DNA from: Dictyostelium fasciculatum
Taxonomy: Eukaryota
Length of the DNA: 64,000 nt
Direction of reading: 5' to 3'
Assembly: GCF_000203815.1 (NCBI RefSeq)
Contig: NW_004457713.1
Span: 9,358-73,357, forward strand
A program made the translations under genes and the position numbers. Below, piece after piece: positions 26,552 through 39,558 of the stretch (the stretch's first letter is position 1; every line of letters starts with the position of its first letter). The notes beneath the pieces are model-generated. The model was not told the origin of the DNA. It worked only from the letters and a program-made list of their open reading frames with translations, and searched no databases.

Positions 26552-27805
26552 ATGACGATATTATTAAATAATGAAACCAATTTAATTTCAACAACAACAA
26601 CAACAACAGGACACTCTGTAAACGATATTCATGGGGCATATTGTGCTTCAAATGCAGAGTGTTCATATCCCAACGGAGAATGTGTTGCTAATAGTTGTTA
26701 TTGTAATCAATATATAGGAGGTAAAAACTGTTCCATTCCTTTTAGCGATGTTTTAGGAAAGAGGTACCAAGTATTTCAACTATTTTTTCTAGTCACCATT
26801 ATATTGGTTACACTTTTCACAATTTTCCAGACATACAAATCATTTAAAGTGTGGAAAATCAACAAAGTAGCCTATAAATTAAAAGCAGTAAACCATTTAT
26901 TTGTATTATTTTTTTGTTTCTGTATGTATAGAAAATAAATAAAAAAAAAAGATTGTTGGTTGGTTGGTTGGTTGGTTTATAATAATTTAAATTTATTTAC
27001 TATAGGGAGAATATTATATTTTGCAGCAGACCCATGGGGTTCTTCTGGTGCCTATCCAGATGCATTTCGTCAATTTTTGTATGGATTTCCAATTTATATA
27101 CTTTTCACAGCATACGAGTTATTATTGATCTACTGGGCAGGTACATTTCATAATGTACAGTCGGTAGATAGTGGTTCATTTTTTGTAAAGAAAACTAAAC
27201 CTGCCTTTATCACTACCAATTCTGTGTGGTTTGCATTTGAAGTGATAAGAGTTGTGCTGGCAGCAATACGATCCTATTCCTTTGTGAGCATTCTCACCGT
27301 TGTATATAATATCTATGTATTTATCTCGTGTCTTGCCATAATGTGTGGATTCATCATCTATGGTGCTTTAATCTATAAAAGAATACAAGGTTTACCTACA
27401 CACAAAGAAAAAAAGAAAAGCTACCTTAAGAAAAGTATGTACTACTATTTTTTTGAACAAAAGACAAAAACCAAACTGCCGCCTAACAACATTTCATCAT
27501 CATCGTCATGACAGTTATTGATAACTACAATATTCCTATCTGGTAGTATTTTATGTGTAATGATACCATCGATTATTTTCTATTTCTTAAAGTTTTTTGA
27601 TGACCCTCTTGAAGCGCTCTTGGCAGAAAGCATCATACATGCCATCGAAATTATTCTAATAGTAGAGTTGTTAATCGTAATGAAACCTAAAGAATCATAC
27701 AATCACAGTCACCATCAACAACAACAACAACAAACAAAATCACCCTCATCCCCAATTGTCTCAAACAATGGAGCCTCTGTGGGTGTCGATTCACCAAAAT
27801 CATAA
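26552..27805 (+). CDS. seven-transmembrane protein with N-terminal EGF-like Cys-rich ectodomain (possibly THH1/TOM1-like)
   Basis: Exon 1 at 26552..26921 has a GTATGT donor. Exon 2 starts at 27006. The frame then hits an in-frame TGA at 27509-27511, after which the same frame continues with two more TM helices to 27805. The junction is unresolved: either a weak GTACTA...TAG intron at 27439..27546 or a sequence error. Family assignment is low confidence. Confidence 0.5.
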
Positions 27806-27912
27806 ATAATAAAATTGTTTTCATGAACATTCATTGTCACACAATTTTGAGAATTCTTTATTGATTAATAGTTATCAGTTTGTTTAATATTTAAATATAC
27901 ATACAGAAAAGG

Positions 27913-28900
27913 ATGACAGGTTCAAGAAAATTCTTTGTTGGAGGAAACTTTAAATGTGTATGATCATTTGTTCAACAACAAGAACAACCCCCCCCTAATG
28001 AATTCAAAAAACTAACTTTGATCTCTTTACTCTTCTTCTTCTTCTTCTTCTTCTTACATCCTTTAATAGAATGGAAATAAAAGTTCATTGCAAACATTGA
28101 TTGAATCAATTATTAAATCTACATTACCTGCCTCTGAGATTGTTGGTAAGTTAATTAATGACTTGCATGTCAGACAGCTCAACCTCTTATCCCTCTTCTT
28201 CTCCCAACTAATCCCCTCTTCTCTATTTTATTGTTTATTTGTAGATATTGTTGTTTCACCACCATCAATCTATTTGGAATATGTTAATCAACTTGTTGGA
28301 CAAAGAGTTCAAGTAGCCGCTCAAAATTGTTACTCTGAGACCAAGGGTGCTTATACTGGAGAGATTTCAGCCGAGATGATCGTAGACATTGGTCTCAAGT
28401 GGGTGATCCTAGGTCACTCTGAAAGAAGAAACTTGTTCAAGGAAAGCAACCAACTCATTGCCAAAAAGACACAACATGCTCTCTCTCAAGGTCTTTCTGT
28501 CATCTTTTGTATTGGTGAACTCTTGGAACAAAGAGAAACCAACAAGACCGAACAGGTATTGGACGAACAACTTGGTTTCCTCCTCAATGGTGTCGTTTCA
28601 GATTGGTCAAAGGTAGTTATTGCCTATGAACCAGTTTGGGCCATTGGCACTGGAAAGACTGCTTCACCACAACAAGCTCAAGATGCCCATGCTTTTATCA
28701 GAAAATGGTTATCGGAAAAGGTCAGCAAAGAAGTTGCCAATGCTACCAGAATTCTCTATGGTGGTTCTGTCACTGCAACCAATAGTGCTGAACTTTCAAA
28801 ACAACTAGATGTTGATGGGTTCCTTGTTGGTGGTGCTTCCCTCGTAGCTAGTGATTTTGTTACCATTATTAATACTGCCAATCCAAAATCTTATCTTTAA
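27913..28900 (+). CDS. tpiA: triose-phosphate isomerase
   Basis: Exons at 27913..27957 ([15 protein letters not shown]), 28070..28145 and 28245..28900, all GT..AG and phase-consistent. Motifs present: [14 protein letters not shown] and GGASL. Confidence 0.85.
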
Positions 28901-29077
28901 AAAAAAAATAGAAAGAAGAAATAATAAATGACAATTAAACAGTGCATGTCATAATTGAATTGTTTAATAAAATGTAATGTACTGTGTGTATTGTTGAATA
29001 AATAGAATAACAATTGTCCTCTGGCTGGTATATAAAAACAAATGAGCCGACAACAGAGAGAGAGAGAGAGATAGAGA

Positions 29078-30142
29078 TTAATGCAAAACTGTAGCTCCAC
29101 CGAAACCAAAACCTATAAAATTTTGGTTAATATCACTGTAGTTCTTTTTAATTGTAATTCCTATCATTATACTAACCTTTGACACCATATTTAGATTCGT
29201 AGCATCGTGGACAAAAGATTAAACCATTCTTCTCACTGTATGATCCACTGACCAATGATTTCTTGCAAAAAAAACATGAAAAACAACTAAATGATAAAAA
29301 ATAAATATATAAATACCTTTTTCCTCAAAATTCTTCAAATCAAATAGTTCTTCTTCTTCTTCTTCTTCTTCTTTTTCATTTTCTTCTTAATCTTCTTGTT
29401 TGATTCTTCTTTCTTGACCTTACGTTCTATGCCAATCTCTTCCATTAAAGACCTTTGATTCATTTGCATAAGCACGCTTTCCACATCTTGGACAGTTGGT
29501 TGGGAAAAGTTCAATCGCCTCCTCAAATACCGGTTGTGTAAATGTTTGGACCGGTTGTTGTTCTACGACTGTAGTTTCATTCTTTGGTTGCACATCAAAA
29601 GAGTCTGTTGCATTTCCATGACCATATCCTTTCTTTAATTAAGGGTTGTAATTAGAAATTTAATTGTGTGATTGTCATTGTGATGTGATGTGATGTGATG
29701 TGATGTGATGTGATGTGATGTGATGTGATGTGATGTGATGTGATGTGATGTGATGTGATGTGATGTGATGTGATGTGATGTGATCTTAACAAGTATACTC
29801 TAGAGAATACATACAAGACGGAACAATCTGTCATAATCAGTCTTGCAATAAATCTTTCCACCAGATTCTGAAAACTATAAACCACAAATAGAGAGATTTT
29901 TTGGGGACCCAAACCAAGAGAGAGAGAGATAGAGAAAGAAAACATGTTAGATTTGTGAAAAGATAGATTCTCTACTGAAAAGGTAGAGAAAGAGAGTGGT
30001 AACACTATACATTTGACTTGTCCAAAAGCTTGTTGCAATGAGTACACTTGAAGCAAAGAGATTTATGATAATATTTTCCTTCAGCTAGTACCCATTCTGC
30101 TTGATAGACTGTTTTGTTACATGTAGCACAAATTTGGGACAT
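29078..30142 (-). CDS. limC: cysteine-rich protein with two LIM domains (CRP-like), 181 aa
   Basis: Five minus-strand exons at 30011..30142, 29815..29874, 29424..29632, 29177..29286 and 29078..29112. LIM1 is split across exons 1-2 (CATCNKTVYQAE...YHKSLCFKCTHCNKLL...IYCKTDY). LIM2 is split across exons 3-4 (CPRCGKRAYANE...WHRTCFSCFFCKK...FCPRCY). The GFGFGG tail is CRP-like. The length and the two-LIM layout suggest limC, but this is tentative. Confidence 0.75.
29678..29784. repeat. (TGATG)n pentanucleotide microsatellite, about 21 units
   Basis: Perfect tgatg tandem array read directly. It lies inside intron 2 (29633..29814) of the LIM gene. Confidence 0.95.
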
Positions 30143-31136
30143 TCTTCTTTTGTTGATTTGTTGTTTGATAGAAATAAAATAATTGAACCAACAAGCTTGT
30201 TCTCTCTCTTGGTTTGGGTCCCCAAAAAATTAAAATAAATAAAAATCAACGCCCCTCCTTTCTTTGAATTCTTGGATGGATGTATTGGTTCATTCAATGC
30301 TGGACATGATCATTTATGATGTATATTTAAGTATTATTTCAAAACATGTTGGGGCCAGATCACCCAATAATGATTATTATTGTCACAAATTTACCTCCCA
30401 ATCTAGATTGTCAGATGATGATTAAATGATGATCTACTATTATTATTATTATTATTATTATTATTATGAATAATACCAATTTGTAAATTTATTTCTCCAT
30501 TTCATGTTCTACTCCACGTATATACAAAACATTATTACATCTTATTAAAACTTCACCAAGCGTATCAATCATTGTACCATCTATCCACTCTTCTGTAGCT
30601 GCCAATTGTAAATTCATATAGTTATCTACTGATGCTAAAATACCTCTATATTCCATACCTCCCCATTTTAATCTGACTGCTACCTTTTTACCTTTGAGTT
30701 CATATAAAAATGGTTTGGGTGATAATGATTCTACTTTGTTCTGTTTGTCGAATCATTTACAAGTCGTTCGTTGTTTTAATATTATTATGGTGTTGTTTGT
30801 GGGGGGCAAGAGAGAAAGATATATAGAGAGATAGAGAGAAAGATAAAAAAGATATAGATTAGTTATTTGTTCATCGTCTATAACATCTATCTACTATAGT
30901 AGTAAAGTGACTTCTTACCATTGTCTATGAAATATCTATATGTATATATGTATATGTTCTCTTTTCTACTAAATATTTAGACTGAAAGAGTATAATCGAT
31001 TGATAATACTAGTACTAGTATAGTTAGTTATAGTATGCACTTTTTTTTGGGTGAACAATGAATCGATCAGGCGCACAATAAAAATGATGAACACAAATAT
31101 GAAAATTCAACAAAAGCGATTTATTTTAAATTTAAA

Positions 31137-32932
31137 TTATAAAGAGAAGTGATCAACTATTTTATCATTTCCAAGCCAATTATAAAATCTTTGTTTCTTT
31201 AATTCATTAAAATACTTTTGGTACATTACATTTCCTATTTTATATGATCGGTAATTATTTTGATTATTATTATTATTATTATTATTATTATTTTGATTAT
31301 TATTATTATTATTAATATCTTTTTTATCGATTTGAAAATAAGAGTTAAACAAAGAAGATATTTTAGTAAATGATAATAACATTTGGTATTTTGACAATGA
31401 AGATCTTTGAGAAGGTTGATCAAAATTTTTGGCGCAAGTTCCCATCTTTTTGCCTGAACCAGATAGGGTTACTTCTAGAGTTGATGGATAACTATAGTTA
31501 ATTGCTAAACAAGATTGGTTTGATATTGTTAGATAATGGTCGACCAAATATTGTTCCATTTTAATGATTATACGTACACAATCCAGAAGGAATAGCAATA
31601 TTTCCATTTCTTTGTTGTTTTTTACTTGTATTTCCAGTGCCTAGTACAATTTGTTCCATGATTTGTTTAGAGTGCTGAAATTGATTATTTGTGGCCAAGT
31701 ATTGACATTTTTCATTGACTTTAAAATAATCACTTGGTGGATGCAGAGATATATTTACTCGATCGAATAGGGCCCTGGTCAAGCTAGGCTGGTTGTATAA
31801 ATCTCCAACAATGATTGAATCCAAATAAATTGGTGACACAAACAAAGACAATAGAGATCCTTGAATGCCAACAATATTCCACTTGGCAATCTTGTCAGAA
31901 CACGACATACTCTGTGTTTTCTCACCTCGACCTGGTTTAATTCTTAGTGATCCAGCTTGGTGGTAATCTATACCTTGTTCCTTTTTATCTTGAGGTTCAC
32001 CCGCTACAGTTTTAGCACCTGTCCTCTGTATATCAAAACTTGTTACAGTATGTTTAATTTTCTTTTTCTCTCTCTTTTCCTCTTCTTGTATTTCTTCTTG
32101 TATTTCTTCTTGTATTTCTTCTTGAATTTCTTCTTTATTGTTTGAAATTGGAAATATCGAACAATCACCACCTATATGCACAATAAAATATTATTAGTTG
32201 ATGGTGGTAAGTTGGATTCTAAAATCATTTATAATTTTGATACATACAAGGAGTTTGATTTATATACAAATGTAGTGATATATTATCTTTTAATTTAAAT
32301 CTGAAAGGATATTTTCCAGTGTCTTTTTCCTCCCCTTCTTCTTTTTCTTCTTCATTTTTCAAGTGTGAAGGTATCAAATCCAATAATATGGATGAATAGG
32401 TTGCAGGTGATGTTAAAATACACTCCAATTCATTATATAACATTCTTTGAAATGACCTTTTGCATATTATTTCAGCATGAGAATCATTGACAGTGTCACC
32501 ATTCTTACCGATTGCACTTGGACCAAGACATCTATTTCCAGTACCCATTGACAGTATATGAGAGATTGTATAACCACCACATGAAGAGAGATCAACACTA
32601 CTGCTGCTGCTGCTTGTTTGTTTATTATTATCCTCCTTTTCTTCGTTCAATACCATAACCAATGCAGCCATTACTGTCCATTCTCTATCTTGAGGCTTTC
32701 CTTTTTTTGGTAAATTCTTTTCAAAATGATGATGACATGCTTGTGATATCTTGTCTGCAAACTCTGCATCATCTTTCCACCTTGATTGTTTAATAGTAGT
32801 AGTAGCAATAGATCTACTACTACTTCTACTACTTTGGTGGTTCATTATGACCTTTTTACTTTCCTCATCGTCGACAACATTATTGTTGTTGTTGTTGTTG
32901 TTGTTGTTGCTTAAAAGAGGAGATGCCATCAA
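31137..32932 (-). CDS. tRNA-specific adenosine deaminase 1 (ADAT1/Tad1, ADAR-type A_deamin domain)
   Basis: Minus-strand exons at 32248..32932, 31578..32171 and 31137..31504, with GTATGT and GTACGT donors. Deaminase motifs: HAEIICKRSF, LHLYINQTPCGDCSIF (the TPC|GD pair is split by an intron), KPGRGEKTQSMSCSDKIAKWNIVGIQG. Confidence 0.8.
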
Positions 32933-33289
32933 TACGCAAGAGTAAAAAGGTCATAATGAACCATGCACCAAATTCAATGCAACGGTACGAGAGAAAAAAA
33001 AAGTTTGTGTTGAATTTTTTTGTTTGAATGATTCTCTTTGTCCCAAACCAATAGATTTAATAACCGACCCAAACATAATTACGAATACATATATATTAAA
33101 TTATTTATTCATTATTGTATAATACTGCGCACAAACAAACAATCACCAAATAGATAGATAGATAGATAGATAGTCAATAGATTTACATCATCACCATCAT
33201 CATCGTCATCATAATCATTCATTAACATATCATTAACAACATATATATATATCTAAACAAAACACACCTCAATACACTCTCTTTTACAA

Positions 33290-34258
33290 ATGAAGTTAAC
33301 AACTACGATATTTATAATAGTTGTTGCTTTAGCGCTATTTAGTGACACTGTATCACCACAGGGTATATCTCATTATAGTCAAAGTGGTGGAGGTAAGCCA
33401 GGTCAAGTATCAAACTATATCAACGAAATCAATGTTGGTGGTGCTCTGAGCAGCACAGGAAAGAGTCGTTATGACTGGAGTTGGTGTAGACTATGGATAT
33501 ATGATGCAGTGTCACAGTACAAAGCATATGCTGACTTTCATCCACGTGTCGATGAATTCACTTCTCTAAGAATCGAAAATTGTATGTTATAACAACAACA
33601 ACAACAACAAACAAACAAACAACAACAATATAATTTCTAACCATACTTTTTTTCTTTTTCTTTTATTGTAGCAAATACATCTATCATTTTTAACCAAAAT
33701 GTAACTATTTGGTTGGATTTCCCAGGAACTAAAAATGTAACAACCTTTATTTACGATAGAGTTACTTGTGATAATACTTCGGCAGCTAATCCAGAAGGTT
33801 GCAAAGTAGATCCTCCACCAGAGTTTATACTCACAGAAAAGAATTATACTGTCACCCAAAACTTGACTCTCCCACCAAAGCGTGTCTACGATCCAGACAA
33901 TAATGCAATTGTAAACTACTTTACCGCCATTGTACAGCTAGACAATGGAAATATTATCGATGCTGCATGGGATGGTGATAGAGACACTGGTATTTGCAAT
34001 GATTGTGAAAAGTGTATCGATGGTCAATGTGCAGTCTCGCCAAACACAATGAAATGTGATGAAACAGGATGTAATCTCAAGATTTTCCTTGCTTGGGCTG
34101 GTGTGGACAAACAAAAGAAACCATGCATTAGTATAAGCAAGATTCCATCTGCCTTTAGAAAGTACAGTTTCACTCCAATCTCACAACTCGGAATGGGTCT
34201 TGTTGGAGACTTTTTGGAAAGAGTCATAGGAAATACAAACAATCCAAATACTGCCTAA
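33290..34258 (+). CDS. secreted Cys-rich hypothetical protein (signal peptide)
   Basis: Exons at 33290..33581 and 33672..34258, with a GTATGT donor at 33582. There is a hydrophobic N-terminal signal, many Cys residues and N-glycosylation sequons. No family recognised. Confidence 0.5.
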
Positions 34259-34539
34259 ACTCATCATCATATGATTTCTCTCTCTTTCTTCTTTTTAAAA
34301 CAAAAACAAACAAATTCACTTGTTAAAATAAATAAATCAACTCAAATCCGCCATGTTAACATTATCTGTGTTTGTATTTTAACAAATAAGTTTTAATGAT
34401 GATGGTTAAATTTTTTATTTACAATTATTATTTTTTTGGGTAAAAAAAAAAAAAAAAGACAGAGTCTTTTTAATTGTTTTCCATCTTTTCTTTTTTTTTG
34501 GATTAAAAAAGTTTTGATGGAACTTTTTTTGTTATTTTT

Positions 34540-34718
34540 TTACTTTGATTTCTTCTTGGGAGCAGATGTCTTTTTGGTGGCAGACTTTGTAGTTGACTTT
34601 TTCTTGGCAGCAGCTTTGGGAGTCTTCTTTACAGTGGTTTCTTTCTACAAAAGATCAAATCATTATATATAGTTGGTTAGTTTGTTGTTTTGAAATTGAT
34701 TCAATTTAATAAATCGAG

Positions 34719-34753
<35 letters not shown>

Positions 34754-35038
34754 TTTGCCTTTGTAGCTTTCTTTTTAATGGTGGAAAGTTGTTCTAAAAA
34801 AAAATAATTAAATAATTAAATAAATTGAGAATCGATTGGGTTAGCGCACTCCTCTACACCATATTAATAGATATATATAAAAATAAAATTTTGTTTGGGA
34901 CGTACCAGTTTGAGAGAAACGTTTGGGTGGAGTAATTTTTCTCGTAGAAGTAGAAGTTGGAGGTAGAACTTGAGTTGGAGGACGTCTTGTAGCGGGTTTC
35001 TTCTTGGTTACTGATTTTGTTTCTGCTTCTGTTGACAT
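34540..35038 (-). CDS. small lysine/threonine-rich basic protein (H1/HMG-like tail), about 93 aa
   Basis: Minus-strand exons at 34906..35038, 34753..34793 and 34540..34644, with a GTACGT donor and phase-consistent junctions. Composition is K/T/P/A-rich (KKKSTTKSATKKTSAPKKKSK). No globular domain is evident. Confidence 0.45.
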
Positions 35039-35601
35039 GGCTGATGTTCTTCTAGGGGTCTACTATTAATCTATTTAAATTTATGTACTGTTTGGATGAG
35101 TTGGTAGCTAAAACTACAGTTGTTAAGTGACGTTGAATATAAATTACAGTGAAGCTAATTTCTTGAAGCGATAATTGGTAATTGTTTTAATTTTTTTATT
35201 AGAATATAGTCAACAGGTTATAATTCATTGTTATCAATTTCTTGTTGATTTTAAAGCATACCTAAAGAATTTATTTATTTAGTTGTCTCTCTTTTCTAAA
35301 ATTGTTGTGATCGAATGACTACAAAATAATTCCTATGGCAATAATATTTTGTTCAAAAAAAAAAAACAAAAATCGAAAATTTTTTTTGAATTTAACCCCC
35401 AATCAACGGCTAAAAAGTGGGAACCCTCTCTCTCCAACCCAACAATGAGCACTAGTAGTATATGTATGCATACTAGAGTATATGTATAGAATAGCATGGT
35501 CACCGCCGCGTGTTGGTGTAATCAATATACAAAAAAAAAAATTGATTTTTTGAAAAAATTATTTATTATTATTATTTAAATAGTTGGCTGATGTGCTGGT
35601 A

Positions 35602-35805
35602 TTATTTTAGTTGATCAAAAATTTTTCTTTTATCTGTTACTAAGTGTTGAGATGCATCAATGTGATCGTCTTGGTAGAATACAGATTTTCTTTCATTGTT
35701 GTTGTTGGATGATGACGACAATGAAGAGGGCATTAACGAAGATGTTGATGACGAGAGAGATGGTTGTTGTATAATAATATTATCAGATGAACTTGAAAGT
35801 GAATC

Positions 35806-35853
<48 letters not shown>

Positions 35854-38800
35854 GACTAGTACAGAGTTATGTTGTTGGTGGTTTAATGGTGTCATTGATG
35901 GTGACGACATTGGTGATGAGGTTGGTGACATTTTATTGGGTATCGATGACATTCTTTTAAGTATGGGTGCTGCCTTTGCATGTGGAATCGTTGGCGATGA
36001 TGATCCACTACCACTACTAATTGAAGAAGTTCTACTTGTTGTTGTTGTTGCTGTCAATCCCTTTTCGATTGGGATCCCTGGGGAAATTGGGACACTTTCA
36101 ATCGAACTACTACTGGCACTATTGGTTATAGTTGCGGTAGTGGGTGACAGAGTACTGTGAATAACTGGTGCCGAGAGTGGACGGAAACCAGAACCACCAC
36201 CAGGTGAGTTTGTAATACTACTACTACTAGAGAGTTCAACAGATTTTCCTCCTTGTTGTCTTTGAATTAAAATCGGTGAAGAACATCTATTCTTTTCATC
36301 TGTTGTTTTTTGTTGTTGAATGATTTGTTGTTGTTGCTTTAAATCATCCATTGATTGAATAAGAGGTTGTAGTTTTTGAGCGACTACGGTTGATATTACA
36401 TTTTGTAATTCTCTGTTGATGTGAGAAAAGATACTATTTTCAAGTTGTTTAAAGTCATTCTTTATGTCTTGAACGAGTTTGCTATTTTGTGTATCGATAT
36501 ACGAGAGTAACTTGTTTTCCATTCCATTAATAACCTCACTAAACTCTGCACGAGTAAATGTATTTTGGTTTACCAGAGGAGTAGGAAGAGCAGGTAATGG
36601 TTTTTGTGGTGGAAGTGATGATTTCTTGTGGAGAGGTTTCTTTTTCTTTTTTACAACCATTGTTCCAGTTGATGAATATTCTTCATCGTCGTCATCATTG
36701 TTTTCGTCGTCGTCATCATCATCATCATCATCATCATCTTCCTCTTCTTCTTCTTGTTCTGCGTCATCATCGATTGATTGATTTTTATGACCATGGAATA
36801 CAGTTGTACTAAAGGCATCTATTTCTTCTTCTTCATCATCGTCATCGAGATTTTGAAGGGCAGCAGCTCTTTCATCATCCTCTTCTTGGAAATCTCTACA
36901 AGTTTCATACATTCCTTTAAATACCATTGTACCCCGAGTAGCAGTACCAAGTTGATACTGCTGTTTGTTATCACCACCATTGGAATCTACTGTATAGGAT
37001 GTTGATACACTTTCATAATCATTTACTTCTCTATCTGGTTGCATTGGTTGATGATGTTGATGTTGATGATGATTATTATTATTATCATTGTTGTTGTTCT
37101 TTTGATTCTTTTTAATTTCATCATATTTCTTTTTTTTAATTCTAAAAACTTGGTTGATGAGGTCAGCCAATACTTCAGGACCTCTAGTCTTTTTCAAGAA
37201 TGGATGGTTAAGTAGTTCCTTTGGTGATGGTCTCTTTTGAGGATTCTTGATGAGACATTTTGCTAGGAAATCATTCATTAGAGGTGACCATTTCTTTGGT
37301 TCGTTAAATGTTGGAGGTGGCCAAATGGGTACCATTTTCATAGCTCTCATTGGGTTCATATCCATGTGAGGTGGTAGTCCATCTGCCATTTCAATAATAG
37401 TGATACCCAATGACCATATATCTGCTTTGTAATCATAGGATTTCTTTAAAATAACTTCTGGTGCCATCCATAATGGTGTACCAATCATTTCCTTTGATTG
37501 ATCAAATGCTCCATTTAATTTTTCACTTACTCCAAAGTCTTTAAAAAAAAAAAAAAAAAAAAGAGTTAATTGATAAATAATATGAATGATGATAATTTGA
37601 ATGACATACCAGCAATTTTAACTTCAGAACTTTCAGAAAGTAAAATATTAGCAGCCTTTACATCACGATGAATAATATTTTGACTATGTAGATAAATGAG
37701 TCCTTTTAGGGTATTCTTAACGACAAAGGCAATTTGTGATTCATTTAAAGTCTTTTCAGTAGATTCTATAATGTCTCTAATTGATCCAGATGAACAAAAA
37801 TCCATTAAAATCTTTTAAAAAAAAAAATAATCGTTGTAAATATTTTTGAACGACATTATATACTTATTATTTGATTGTTTTGTTATGTAATTACATACCC
37901 AAATTTTATCATGATTTTGAAGTGAACCAAAATAGGAAACAACATTTGGACTTTTACAATTCTTTAGGATATTAATTTCATTTTGAAGTGATTGACTCTC
38001 TGATTCTTTCATTTCGATTACTTTGATTGCCAATGTAAATCCAAGATCTTTGTGTGTACCCTTGTACACTGAACCATAGGCACCGTCACCCAATTTTTCA
38101 TCCAACACAAAATCATTGTGACCTGTCCACTTTAGATCAAAGTCTACATGCATCTTGTGAATTACATTGTAAGGTGTTGATATTTCTGTGCTTGGATCAA
38201 ACTTTTGTGACTTTGATCTCTTGTGGTGTGATTTGCTACTACTGCTGCTGCCTGACAATGATGCAGTTCCTCGGTGGAATATTTCTACAGGATTTAAAAG
38301 TTGTGCTGTCTTTTTAAATAGACTCTTTCCTCCACTACCACTTGTATTATGTTGTGATTCCGTCGTTGTATTATCATCTTGTCCTAAAATGGTTGCTGCT
38401 TTGTTTTTCTTTTTAGATGATGATGATGATGATTTCTTGTTATTGTCTACACTGTTGTTTATTTGTTCTGATGAAGATGGTGATATGATAGCAATGGGTG
38501 AAAGAGGAATATGATTAAAAAGATTGGTGGTAGATGTAGAGGCACTGCTGACAGCACTAATATTAGTAGTACTACCAGCACTGTTGTTACTACTACGACT
38601 ACGATCACTATTGATGGTTTGTGTTGGTGATAGTGATCCAGCAGAATCATCAGATTTTATAGATGTGTTGCTATATTGTCGAGTGAGTGGATTCACTTGC
38701 AATGGTGATGTTGTTATGGTATTGTATTGATTACCATTGCTGCTACTATGTTGTTGTTGTTGTTGTTGTTGGTGGTGTTGGTGGTGTTGTGAAAATGTGG

Positions 38801-39194
38801 TGGCACTAGACAATGATGTTGAACTATCAGATCTTGTTGAATCTGTTACTCTTTGGTGTGTGCTACTACTACTACTACTACTACTATTGCTGTTGGGTGG
38901 TTGTGGAAAGCAATTTAATTCGTCTGACAACTCTGTCGATGAACTTTGTTGTAGTTGTTGTTGATGCATTGATTGCAAGTCTAACACTGTAGATTGGTCA
39001 TGCAACTCTGATATAAGTATGTTGGGTGTTGGAGCACTAGATGACAGTTGTCCAAAATTGAATTCCTCCCCTTTGTTGTTGTTTTGATTATTAGAATTCT
39101 TTTGCTGAAGTGCCAAGCCGTTGTTGTTGTTGTTGTGTTGTAAGAGATTAGTAGTAGAGGGTGATTTTAATACTTTTTGTAAAAAGTTTGACAT
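35602..39194 (-). CDS. STE20-family (MST/GCK-like) serine/threonine protein kinase with long S/Q/N-rich flanks, about 1140 aa
   Basis: Minus-strand exons at 37899..39194, 37610..37811 and 35602..37538, with GTATGT donors. The kinase core runs LGDGAYGSVYKG...HRDVKAANILL...DFGVS...GTPLWMAPEV...DIWSLGITIIEM and is most similar to MST/Hippo-type kinases. The start is assigned to the MSNFLQKV Met at 39194. The track ORF begins further upstream in probable 5' UTR. Confidence 0.8.
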
Positions 39195-39558
39195 TTGAGC
39201 TTTTTGTAATACAAAGTACCCAGAAGATATTAATATCTTATATTTCTCTTCTCTCTCTCTGTTTGAACAAAAAAAATCAAACCAATCAATTTTATCACGC
39301 GGATGTTGTGTTCGAACACAAAAGCATGCTGGCGGCCAATTACAAACAAAAAAAATAATCCCTTTCAATGAAATCCGGCAAAGATTTTTAACATTGGCAA
39401 CAATCGATTGTTTATTTATTTACACCACTCATAATCACACCAGATTTGATAACTATATAGTTCGTTATCACTCATGGTGTCATCAGATTTGGTTTATCTT
39501 TAAATCATAATAATAATAATAATAATAATTGTTGCTGTTATTTGTTGTTGTTGTTGTT

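Noticed and set aside
26221-26580. Minus-strand 119-aa ORF
   Set aside because: It consists of extremely AT-rich Y/I/F/D runs with no protein-like composition and overlaps the 5' end of the membrane-protein gene.
26888-27005. GTAAAC donor at 26888 for intron 1 of the 7TM gene
   Set aside because: It gives the wrong phase with the only available acceptor at 27004-27005. The downstream GTATGT donor at 26922 is phase-consistent.
29652-30056. Minus-strand ORF with an HHITS repeat
   Set aside because: It is a translation of the intronic (TGATG)n microsatellite and 5' flanking sequence. The real coding exons of the LIM gene were identified around it.
35696-36812. Plus-strand ORFs rich in C, L, V or H (for example 35696..36160 and 36597..36812)
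   Set aside because: They lie antisense to the kinase gene's poly-Q/poly-S/acidic coding repeats and are the mirror frames of that low-complexity sequence.
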